Shown here piece by piece: positions 38,580 through 46,679 of a stretch of DNA of 64,000 nt. A model generated the notes under the pieces. That model searched no databases and had not been told where the DNA came from. It was given only the letters and a program-made list of their open reading frames with translations. The stretch is taken from assembly GCA_910587065.1 (NCBI GenBank), contig CAJUMA010000005.1, positions 5,644 to 69,643 on the forward strand. The letters are read 5' to 3'. This stretch comes from an uncultured Bacilli bacterium. GTDB taxonomy: Bacteria; Bacillota_I; Bacilli_A; RF39; UBA660. A program made the position numbers and the translations under genes. How positions within the stretch are numbered: the first letter of the stretch is position 1; every line of letters begins with the position of its first letter.

Positions 38580-40334
38580 ATGTTTGGAAAAATTAAATAT
38601 ATCGATGATATAACTGCAGTAGTTGAGATACATAAAGAAAATATGGTTGTGCCAAATCTAATGAATCTTCATGTAATTTTTGAAACAAAAGATCAAAAAC
38701 TTCTAGGAGAAGTGAAAAAAGCTGATGAAGAAACAGTACACATTGATTTAATGGGACAATTTGTTGGGGAGAGATTTATCGCAGGTACTATAAAAAAACC
38801 AACACTTGATAGTAATATTAGAATAATAAATGATGAAGAATTAAATATAATACTTGGCTCTAATAAAACAGGCAACTTATATTTAGGAAAATCAGCAATC
38901 TATAATGGTAAAGATGTCTATGTCGATATAAACGATATGTTCTCTAACCATTTATCTATATTTGGTAATACTGGTTCGGGTAAGTCTTGTTCTGTTGCTA
39001 GAATAGTCCAGAATATTTTCTTAAATAAAAACTTTCTATCGTTTAATGCGAATTTATTTATATTTGATGCCTATGGAGAGTATAAAACAGCATTTAAGGT
39101 CTTAAATCAATTTAATCCAAATTATCAATATAAATTTATTACAAGTAATCCTACGGATGAAACTGATGTTTTGCTAAAAATACCAGTATTTTTACTCACT
39201 ATAGACGATATATGTTTATTATTACAAGCTGATAATCATCATCAATATACAATTATTGAAAGAATGCTAAAACTTGCTAAATTATTTTCAAGAGAAGATG
39301 AGACAACTAAAAGACTAAAGAATCATTTAATTGCTAAAGCTATCATGACAGTACTTTTTTCAAATCAAAACGCTTCTGCTAAGAAAAATGATATTTTCCA
39401 AATTATTGCTGACTGTTCAACACCTGAATTCAATGTAAATACAGATATTCAAGGTATTGGATATACCAGAAAATTCTCTGAATGTTTTGGTATTGATAGA
39501 AATGGCGAATTTGGTGAATCAGTTCTAATAAATGAATATATTTTAAAATTTATTGATGATGAACTAGAAGCTCAAATAGAAGCTCCTAAAGATGCTTATT
39601 ACACACTTGATGATTTAGAACGTGCTATGAGTTTCACTCTAATTGGAGATGGCTTCTTAAATAATAGAATAATGCAAGATAACGCTGTAATAATGCAAGT
39701 TAGATTACATAGTCTAAATAACTCAGCTAATCGTAAATTCTTTGATGTACCTAACTACATTACTCTTGAAAACTATATTTCAAGTTTAATTGTACATAAT
39801 AACAAGCGTAGCCAAATAGTTAATATAAATTTAGAAGATGTTGACGATAATTTAGCAAAAACAATGGTTAAGATTTTCTGTAAAATGATTTTCGACTTCT
39901 CTAAAAGTAGAAAAGAAAGGGCAGCTATACCTTTCCACTTATTTATAGAAGAAGCACATAGATACGTTGTATCAGATAATGATCATTTCTTACTTGGTTA
40001 CAATATATTTGAACGTATTGCTAAAGAAGGTCGTAAATATGGTGTTATGTTAGATTTAGTTAGCCAAAGACCAGTTGAAATATCGGAAACAGTTATTGCC
40101 CAAATGTCTAACTTCTGCATTTTAAAGATGACCCATCCACGAGATCTTGAGTACATTAATAAAATGTTACCTAATATCTCTGGTGATATCATCGAAAAAC
40201 TTACAAGTTTACAAAGCGGTACTATGGTAGCATTTGGAAATGCCTTTAAAATACCTGTAATTGTAAAAATGGATATGCCAAATCCTGCACCATATTCTTC
40301 AAACTGTAATGTTGTCGAAAGATGGAAAGCTTAA
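38580..40334 (+). CDS. HerA-like ATPase (HAS-barrel N-domain plus DUF87/FtsK-HerA type P-loop ATPase)
   Basis: Walker A GNTGSGKS and Walker B LFIEEAHRY. An N-terminal beta-barrel-like region (GEVKKADEETVHIDLMGQFVGERFIAGTIKKP) typical of HerA precedes the ATPase. Start at ATG 38580 after AAGAGG. Confidence 0.65.
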   Translation: MFGKIKYIDDITAVVEIHKENMVVPNLMNLHVIFETKDQKLLGEVKKADEETVHIDLMGQFVGERFIAGTIKKPTLDSNIRIINDEELNIILGSNKTGNLYLGKSAIYNGKDVYVDINDMFSNHLSIFGNTGSGKSCSVARIVQNIFLNKNFLSFNANLFIFDAYGEYKTAFKVLNQFNPNYQYKFITSNPTDETDVLLKIPVFLLTIDDICLLLQADNHHQYTIIERMLKLAKLFSREDETTKRLKNHLIAKAIMTVLFSNQNASAKKNDIFQIIADCSTPEFNVNTDIQGIGYTRKFSECFGIDRNGEFGESVLINEYILKFIDDELEAQIEAPKDAYYTLDDLERAMSFTLIGDGFLNNRIMQDNAVIMQVRLHSLNNSANRKFFDVPNYITLENYISSLIVHNNKRSQIVNINLEDVDDNLAKTMVKIFCKMIFDFSKSRKERAAIPFHLFIEEAHRYVVSDNDHFLLGYNIFERIAKEGRKYGVMLDLVSQRPVEISETVIAQMSNFCILKMTHPRDLEYINKMLPNISGDIIEKLTSLQSGTMVAFGNAFKIPVIVKMDMPNPAPYSSNCNVVERWKA

Positions 40335-40411
40335 AAACGTCTAAAAAGGCGTTTTTCTTTGCACAAAATTAAATAACCATGATATAATAACAGAAAAAAG
40401 GAGAACTAACT

Positions 40412-41311
40412 ATGAACGAAGAAATTATTGAAATAATTAAAAAAGTCAGTCCATATATTATTCCAGAGAAACTAGAATGTTTTAAAAGTATTTTAATAAA
40501 GCAAGCATTAGACGATAATGATATTCTCTTTGATTACATTAAAGCAGCAGATAGTATAAAAGAACTAGGAGAATCAGACACTTCTGAATTTACAAAGAAT
40601 TTCTTAAGAGGGTTATTTTATTCTAAAAAAACAACACTAGCTTTAATGTGTGTAATAGTAGCAAGCTTTTCTAAAAAAGGTATTGAATTTTTAGAATGTC
40701 TTGGTCAAAAAATATCTTTGAATAAAAAACAAAAAGAAACATTAGAGGAATTTAGAAATGAGATAAAAAGAACTAACGAGTTAATTGATTTAGGCTATAA
40801 TTTTCTTGAGGCAGAAAATATCACTAAGTTTCCTTTACATCTTCTAACAATAGATGATAATGAAAAAATACCACTTATAAAAGATGCTACTAATAAAGCT
40901 GAAGGAATAAGTAATGGTGGTGAAGAAGTATTATATGAAGAAATTACTAATCCAGAAAATAATAAAAAATTCTTTCTAGCTTTCTTTATTAAAAATTCAT
41001 CTTATTTAAGATATATTGGAGAAGTTGGTAATAAGCTAACATTTGTAACGAACGAAAAAGGAACACTCAAAGAAGTACAAGAAAAAACTTTCCAAATAAG
41101 TCCTTGTACAGAAGATGAAGAAAATGAAATATTAAAACAAAATCCATATTTTATGCCAAAATGTAATAAAAAAGCTAAACATTTAGAAATAAATCAAGAA
41201 TTCACAGTTTCCGTAATGGACGAGATTAAAGAATTAAAATCTTTTGATGGTAGTTCATATGTCTTAGAAAGTTTATTAGATGATGGTATAAAAAAATACC
41301 AACTAAAATAA
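40412..41311 (+). CDS. hypothetical protein (299 aa) immediately downstream of the HerA-like ATPase
   Basis: AAAGGAG RBS and a TGATATAAT extended -10 upstream; no recognisable catalytic motif. Confidence 0.5.
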   Translation: MNEEIIEIIKKVSPYIIPEKLECFKSILIKQALDDNDILFDYIKAADSIKELGESDTSEFTKNFLRGLFYSKKTTLALMCVIVASFSKKGIEFLECLGQKISLNKKQKETLEEFRNEIKRTNELIDLGYNFLEAENITKFPLHLLTIDDNEKIPLIKDATNKAEGISNGGEEVLYEEITNPENNKKFFLAFFIKNSSYLRYIGEVGNKLTFVTNEKGTLKEVQEKTFQISPCTEDEENEILKQNPYFMPKCNKKAKHLEINQEFTVSVMDEIKELKSFDGSSYVLESLLDDGIKKYQLK

Positions 41312-41394
41312 AAAGAATAAAATTAAAGTGTTTTTTTGTCAAAATGTTAAATTTATGTTTACTTATATAACTTTAATATGATATATTTAAATTA

Positions 41395-41562
41395 CCTAAG
41401 AGAGGTTCAAAATTATAAAACCGACTATTGGTGATACTTGGGAATCTAATTGATTTGTGGTGTTGAAGACCTAGTCATTGGCTAGGGATCCTAAAACGAG
41501 TCATGTGATGCCCACCTCGTGCGAGCGGGCTTTTATCACGCGAACTTTTCTTAGGCTTTTTT
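41395..41562 (+). ncRNA. candidate structured non-coding RNA (class unknown; a 6S-like or riboswitch-like element is possible)
   Basis: GC-rich island in AT-rich DNA. The 14-bp closing helix CCUAAGAGAGGUUC / GAACUUUUCUUAGG has 2 G-U wobbles. Internal hairpins at 41470-41486 and 41510-41530 are followed by U tracts. Confidence 0.35.
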
Positions 41563-41835
41563 ATGTCTTAATATAGAAAGAAAATATTACTATTAAAGAA
41601 TGAAGCTCAACCTCGTTTAACTGAGGAAATATACTCTCAACTATCTGAAGCGTTAGATCGAGTTGAATATGAAACAACAGTTGGTGAATATTTAGAAACT
41701 ATTACCGATATAGACAAACTAATTTCAGCTTTAAACGAAAACTTTACTACAGATACAGACATAAATTCAGGGGAAAAATGCTAATATCAGAACAAAAACC
41801 AAAAACAGAAACATAATTAAAAAGAAGGGATAAAT

Positions 41836-42504
41836 ATGTTTGATAGATTAATTAGTTTAATCGGAAGTGATAATTTAAGCCTAATTCAAACTAAGAAAGT
41901 ATTATTAATAGGTTTAGGTGGAGTTGGTTCTTACGCCCTTGAATCTTTAGTAAGAAATGGCTTTAAAAAGATTACTGTTGTAGATTTTGATAAAATAGAC
42001 ATAACTAATTTAAATAGACAATTAATTACTGATTCAAATAATATAGGTCATTCTAAAGTAATAGAAGCCATTTTAAGAGCCAAAAAGATAAATCCTGATA
42101 GTTTAATCGATGGCATTGAAAATAAGCTAACAATTGATAATATTAATGTCTTATTAGATTTAGATTTTGATTATATAATTGATGCTTGTGATGACGTGAG
42201 CATTAAATTTAAACTCATTGAAAATTCTTTACACTATAACTATAAACTTATTTCATCAATGGGTACAGCCAATAAACTAGATCCAAGTAAACTAGAAATA
42301 ACGACACTTGATAAAACTATTAACGATCCATTAGCTAGAATTTTACGAAAAAAAGTAAAAGAAGCTAAAATAAACAAAAAAATATATGTTGTATCAAGTA
42401 GGGAAGTACCAATAAAAAATGATACTCTAGGTACTGCTAACCTTGTTCCAAGTATAACAGGAATTCTATGTGTCTCATACATAATAAATGATATTTTAAA
42501 ATAA
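41836..42504 (+). CDS. tcdA: tRNA threonylcarbamoyladenosine dehydratase (ThiF/MoeB-family, TcdA/CsdL-like)
   Basis: LLIGLGGVGSYALESLVRNGFKKITVVDFDKIDITNLNRQL is the ThiF-family nucleotide-binding motif; size 222 aa. Confidence 0.75.
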   Translation: MFDRLISLIGSDNLSLIQTKKVLLIGLGGVGSYALESLVRNGFKKITVVDFDKIDITNLNRQLITDSNNIGHSKVIEAILRAKKINPDSLIDGIENKLTIDNINVLLDLDFDYIIDACDDVSIKFKLIENSLHYNYKLISSMGTANKLDPSKLEITTLDKTINDPLARILRKKVKEAKINKKIYVVSSREVPIKNDTLGTANLVPSITGILCVSYIINDILK

Positions 42505-42534
42505 ATACAAAAAAATAAAGCACAAAATAGTACT

Positions 42535-43512
42535 TTATTTTTTTTCTATTAAAAATTTCGCTAGTTTAGTAGGATCATCATTTTTCATAACAATATTATA
42601 TATAAGGTCTATTACAGGCATCTTAATTTGCTTTCTTCTCAAGAGAGTATATATACTTTTTAAAGTATAATATCCTTCAACCGTGGTGTTTTCTAAATAT
42701 TCAGTTGCTTTTTCAGGCGCATTTTTACCCAGTAAAATACCATAAGAATAATTTCTTGACTTCGTACTTGTAGCTGTTAATAATAAATCTCCTACACCAG
42801 CGTATGAAAGAATAGTTTTCTTATTTCCTCCTAAACCTTTAATAAGTTCTTTTATGTCATGTAAAGATTCAGTTATTAAAAAACTTCTAGTAGATTCCGA
42901 ATACCCAAGACCTTCTAAAATACCTGCAGCAACTGCAATAACATTTTTAATTGAACCACATAGTTCAACTCCAATCAAATCATTAGTTGGGCGTAATTTT
43001 ATATTAGTATTTTTATAAGTAAGTAATAATTTGTTTAGAGTATCTTTAGATTTAACAGCACATGATAAACCAATTGGTTCAAGATTAGCAATATCAATCG
43101 CAAATGATGGCCCAGAAATAACGGCAAGTTTTTTCGTTTCAATGAAATTTAAGAATACTTCATGAACAAAACGGCAGGATTCTTGCTCAATTCCTTTCGA
43201 TCCAATAACAAAATGCATCTTTTTAGTAACAAACGGCATCATCTCTTTTGTAACACTAGAAACAAATTTTGCTGCACACATAACAAAGACAATGTCTGCA
43301 TTCTGTAATGCTTCTTTGTAAGACGTCGTAATTTTTACGGAATCATCTAAAGAATTATTTCCTAATTGTGGTAAAGATTTTCTTGATTTTTCTAAAGAAC
43401 TCTTAGATTCATCAGATTCACTCCACATAATAATCTTATTCTTTTTATTTAAACTTAAAGCACGTGTCATAGCAAGGGCATATACACCTGTACCAATAAT
43501 TGTTATATTCAT
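42535..43512 (-). CDS. gpsA: NAD(P)H-dependent glycerol-3-phosphate dehydrogenase family protein
   Basis: N-terminal Rossmann fold (MNITIIGTGVYALAM) and a C-terminal GpsA-like domain (NTTVEGYYT); divergent from canonical GpsA. Confidence 0.55.
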   Translation of the reverse strand: MNITIIGTGVYALAMTRALSLNKKNKIIMWSESDESKSSLEKSRKSLPQLGNNSLDDSVKITTSYKEALQNADIVFVMCAAKFVSSVTKEMMPFVTKKMHFVIGSKGIEQESCRFVHEVFLNFIETKKLAVISGPSFAIDIANLEPIGLSCAVKSKDTLNKLLLTYKNTNIKLRPTNDLIGVELCGSIKNVIAVAAGILEGLGYSESTRSFLITESLHDIKELIKGLGGNKKTILSYAGVGDLLLTATSTKSRNYSYGILLGKNAPEKATEYLENTTVEGYYTLKSIYTLLRRKQIKMPVIDLIYNIVMKNDDPTKLAKFLIEKK

Positions 43513-44705
43513 TCTTCTTTCATCTCCTTATTTATTTTATTTAAGTTAGCCTCATATTTATTATCACAAGGCTCATAATATTTTTTATTCTTTATGTTAT
43601 CTGGTAAATATTGTTGTTTCACCCAATGTTTTTTATAATTATGGGGATATTTATAAAGTGGGGAAGAGGTTTTTATCCAAGGAGGAACATCACCAGTTGA
43701 TCCCGATTCAATATCATCTAAAACTTTATCAAGCGCAATATGAGCAGAATTTGATTTAGGCGATAAAGCTAACTCGGTAACAACAACCGACAATGGAATT
43801 CTTGCCTCTGGTAATCCAAGCATTTCTGCTGCTTCAATCGCTGCTCGAACCTTGGGCCCCATTCCAGGATTAGCAAGACCAATATCTTCATAAGCTATAA
43901 CATTCATTCTTCTATAAATTATATCCAAGTCTCCAATTACAATTAGACGTCCCAGATAATAAAGAGCTGCATCAACATCAGAACCTCTAATACTTTTTTG
44001 AAAAGCACTTATTAAGTCATAATGTCCATCACCATTTGCATCTCCAACTAAAATAGGTTTTGAATTAATTGTTTTAACAACATCCTCTGTAACATGCTTT
44101 TTTTCCGAAGAATAATAAGCAATTTCTAGCAAATTTAAGGCACTTCTAAAGTCTCCGGAAGATAGGTTCGCAATCAATGAAAGCGCCGCATCATCAACTT
44201 TGCATTTAGGCAAACCCTTAGAAGCTTTCAAAAGTCCCCCTTTAATATCACCAACACTTAAACTATTAAGTTCAAAGATTTGGCATCTGCTTCTAATTGC
44301 TGGATTAATTTTATAGTAAGGATTTGATGTTGTTAAACCAATTAAAATAATTAATCCATTTTCGATATAGGGTAGTAAAATATCTTGTTTATCCTTATTC
44401 ATTCGGTGTATTTCATCAACTATTAAGACTAGTTCACCATACATCTTAGCTTCTTCAATTACAACATCAAAGTCACTTTTATTATTAATAACCGCATTAA
44501 GCATTCTAAATCGACAACCTAATTCTTTAACTAAAGCATTTGCAATACTAGTTTTACCAATACCTGGATTGCCAAAAAGAATCATACTAAACAACTTTTT
44601 ATTCTGAACAAGATTATAAAGAACAGCACCTTTACTGACTAAATGCTTCTGACCAACAATATCATCTAAACAATTTGGTCTTAATTTGTCCGCAAGTAAT
44701 TCCAT
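43509..44705 (-). CDS. rarA: replication-associated recombination protein A (RarA/MgsA AAA+ ATPase)
   Basis: LADKLRPNCLDDIVGQKHL, GNPGIGKTSIANAL Walker A, VDEIHR, and the C-terminal RarA domain. Confidence 0.85.
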   Translation of the reverse strand: MELLADKLRPNCLDDIVGQKHLVSKGAVLYNLVQNKKLFSMILFGNPGIGKTSIANALVKELGCRFRMLNAVINNKSDFDVVIEEAKMYGELVLIVDEIHRMNKDKQDILLPYIENGLIILIGLTTSNPYYKINPAIRSRCQIFELNSLSVGDIKGGLLKASKGLPKCKVDDAALSLIANLSSGDFRSALNLLEIAYYSSEKKHVTEDVVKTINSKPILVGDANGDGHYDLISAFQKSIRGSDVDAALYYLGRLIVIGDLDIIYRRMNVIAYEDIGLANPGMGPKVRAAIEAAEMLGLPEARIPLSVVVTELALSPKSNSAHIALDKVLDDIESGSTGDVPPWIKTSSPLYKYPHNYKKHWVKQQYLPDNIKNKKYYEPCDNKYEANLNKINKEMKEE

Positions 44706-44740
44706 ATTATCACCTAAATTAATTATAACATAAAAATAGA

Positions 44741-45508
44741 CTACTTTAAGCAGTCTATTAAATAAGTATTCGGAATTTTAAGTATTTTTGCTTCATCCTT
44801 ACAAACAAGATCATGTTTAACTTTTAAAAATTCCGTATTTTTAAAATAACCATTATCAGAGTCTAGTAATTCTCTCACTTCTTTAATAAGAATAGGTTTA
44901 TCACAAATACTTGCAATTTCCACATTGCTAAAATTAATTAAAATATATGTAATTAAATCAAATGCTAATTTATCAACATATCCCATAGTGCGATAAAACT
45001 CTTGCCAAAAAACATGTAGATTACAAATATTCGCATAGGTCGTATCAGGGTAGATTAAATTATTGATATCACACAAGCGTACATGATTATTATCATTATG
45101 ATCAACCATAACATTTTGCATTCGTAAATCCCCATGTAAGAGTAAATGTTCACTCAAAAAATCAATAATTTTCTTTAATGCTTGTAATATCATTATCTTT
45201 TCCTCAAAACTAGGGTTATATATTTTAATATATTTATCTAGACTAATACCTGCATTAGTCATTAAAAAACCATAATATTCATTATCTAAATAAAGTTTCT
45301 TTTGAGGGACAGTAAACATATATGGATCAAGTGTCGCGATTCGTTCTAAATTCTCTTCATTTTTTCTATCTAAAGAAAAGCCAGAGGAAAACACTTTCCA
45401 AACTTTATCTTCACTTATATATATTTCCCCATCAGTAGTCGAAATACACTTAAACATGCGAACAACTTCACTAAAAAAGGTATAAAAATCATATGAGCAT
45501 TTTTCCAT
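44741..45508 (-). CDS. protein kinase-like / aminoglycoside phosphotransferase-fold protein
   Basis: HGDLRMQNVMVDHNDNNHVRLCDINN resembles the HGDLxxxN catalytic loop and DxN of APH/choline-kinase-like folds. Confidence 0.45.
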   Translation of the reverse strand: MEKCSYDFYTFFSEVVRMFKCISTTDGEIYISEDKVWKVFSSGFSLDRKNEENLERIATLDPYMFTVPQKKLYLDNEYYGFLMTNAGISLDKYIKIYNPSFEEKIMILQALKKIIDFLSEHLLLHGDLRMQNVMVDHNDNNHVRLCDINNLIYPDTTYANICNLHVFWQEFYRTMGYVDKLAFDLITYILINFSNVEIASICDKPILIKEVRELLDSDNGYFKNTEFLKVKHDLVCKDEAKILKIPNTYLIDCLK

Positions 45509-45591
45509 AGTTCCCCCTAATTAATGGCATTATTCTAGCAAAGTTTTGTATACTAGTCAAATATTTGCTATAATTAACTTAAGGTGATAAT

Positions 45592-46464
45592 ATGAACGAG
45601 AATTATATAGGTGAATTTTCATTATACCTTGAACTTGATTTAAATTATTCCGATAACACAATTAAGTCTTACGAAAGTGATCTAGAGAAATTAAAGAAGT
45701 TTTATCAGTCAAAAGATCTGCTAAGCTTAAGCGTCAAAGAAATAGAAAAGTATATTAATAATTTGAGTGAATTAAGTGCCACATCTGTAAGTAGAAACAT
45801 TTCAAGTCTTCGAACATTTTATAATTATTATATGAAGTTAGATAAAATAAAGAATAATCCTTGTGACTCCATTAAACAGCCAAAGACAGGTAAACACCTA
45901 CCAGAATACCTAACACTTGAGGAAGTAGAAAGTCTCCTTGATATAAACATTGAAACTCCCTTCGATGCAAGAAACAAAGCCATTCTTGAGCTAATGTATG
46001 CAACTGGTTTAAGAATAAGTGAAACTATTACTTTAGAATTTAAAAATATTGATACAGAAGAAGATATTGTCAGAGTGATGGGTAAGGGTTCAAAAGAAAG
46101 AATTGTTCCAATTAACGATTACGCACTAAAAGCTTTAAATAACTATATAAAAAATTATCGTCCACTTCTTATAAAAAATGAAACTAGTAATTATATATTC
46201 CTAAATAATCATGGAAAAATGCTAACAAGACAAGGAGTATTCAAAATGTTAAAGGCTGAATGTCTAAAAAAAGGCATCAAGAAAAATATTTCACCACATA
46301 CTTTAAGACACACCTTTGCAACACATTTACTTGAAAATGGAGCAGATTTAAGGATTATTCAGGAATTACTTGGACATTCAGATATCCAAACAACCCAGAT
46401 ATATACTCATATAACAAATGAAGCATTACATCGCGAATATATAGAATATTTTCCAAGAAAATAA
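45592..46464 (+). CDS. tyrosine site-specific recombinase, XerC/XerD family
   Basis: R..H..R..Y catalytic pattern: ATGLRISE, HTLRHTFATHLLENGADLRIIQELLGHSDIQTTQIYTH. Confidence 0.8.
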   Translation: MNENYIGEFSLYLELDLNYSDNTIKSYESDLEKLKKFYQSKDLLSLSVKEIEKYINNLSELSATSVSRNISSLRTFYNYYMKLDKIKNNPCDSIKQPKTGKHLPEYLTLEEVESLLDINIETPFDARNKAILELMYATGLRISETITLEFKNIDTEEDIVRVMGKGSKERIVPINDYALKALNNYIKNYRPLLIKNETSNYIFLNNHGKMLTRQGVFKMLKAECLKKGIKKNISPHTLRHTFATHLLENGADLRIIQELLGHSDIQTTQIYTHITNEALHREYIEYFPRK

Positions 46465-46465
46465 A

Positions 46466-46490
46466 AAGAGGATATTAAAATCATCCTCTT
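46466..46490. terminator. bidirectional terminator hairpin between xerC/D (+) and a small minus-strand gene
   Basis: AAGAGGAT-N9-ATCCTCTT 8-bp hairpin, with a T tract on the minus-strand side (and a weaker one on plus). Confidence 0.45.
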
Positions 46491-46495
46491 TCAAA

Positions 46496-46591
46496 TTATT
46501 CATTATTAGAAGTTAATGAATCATGACAATTTGTAGACTTTTTAGCTTTATTTTGAGCTTTATTAGTCTTATTTGTTCTTTTACTTTTCAT
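46496..46591 (-). CDS. small basic protein (31 aa), not in the ORF track
   Basis: Strong AGGAGGT RBS 7 nt upstream of the ATG; sequence MKSKRTNKTNKAQNKAKKSTNCHDSLTSNNE. Confidence 0.4.
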   Translation of the reverse strand: MKSKRTNKTNKAQNKAKKSTNCHDSLTSNNE

Positions 46592-46679
46592 ATTTTTTTA
46601 CCTCCTGATATTATTATGTACCATTATTGAATTAATATAATAACTATGTTAAAATTATTTAAATAGTAGGAGGATATTT

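Noticed and set aside
34256-40192. ORFs 34256..34453(-), 35006..35197(-), 35028..35216(+), 36753..36971(-), 37418..37690(-), 37802..37996(-), 38693..38875(-) and 39998..40192(-)
   Set aside because: All embedded in stronger motif-supported genes (alaS, transglutaminase-like, pdp, herA-like) on the opposite strand or in an alternate frame
41395-41555. Interpretation of the 14-bp terminal inverted repeat as a MITE / transposon remnant
   Set aside because: Not excluded, but the two imperfect positions are exactly G-U wobble-compatible. The interior is a GC-rich island with nested hairpins and U tracts, which favours a structured RNA. A genome-wide copy count would decide.
41395-41562. T-box leader, SRP RNA, tmRNA, RNase P, TPP or glmS identity for the structured element
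   Set aside because: None of the conserved core sequences I can recall is present: the T-box AGGGUGGNACCGCG, SRP GGAAGCAG, the tmRNA CCA-ending tRNA-like domain, RNase P CR-I/CR-V, or TPP CUGAGA. The size (about 160 nt) is also wrong for RNase P and tmRNA.
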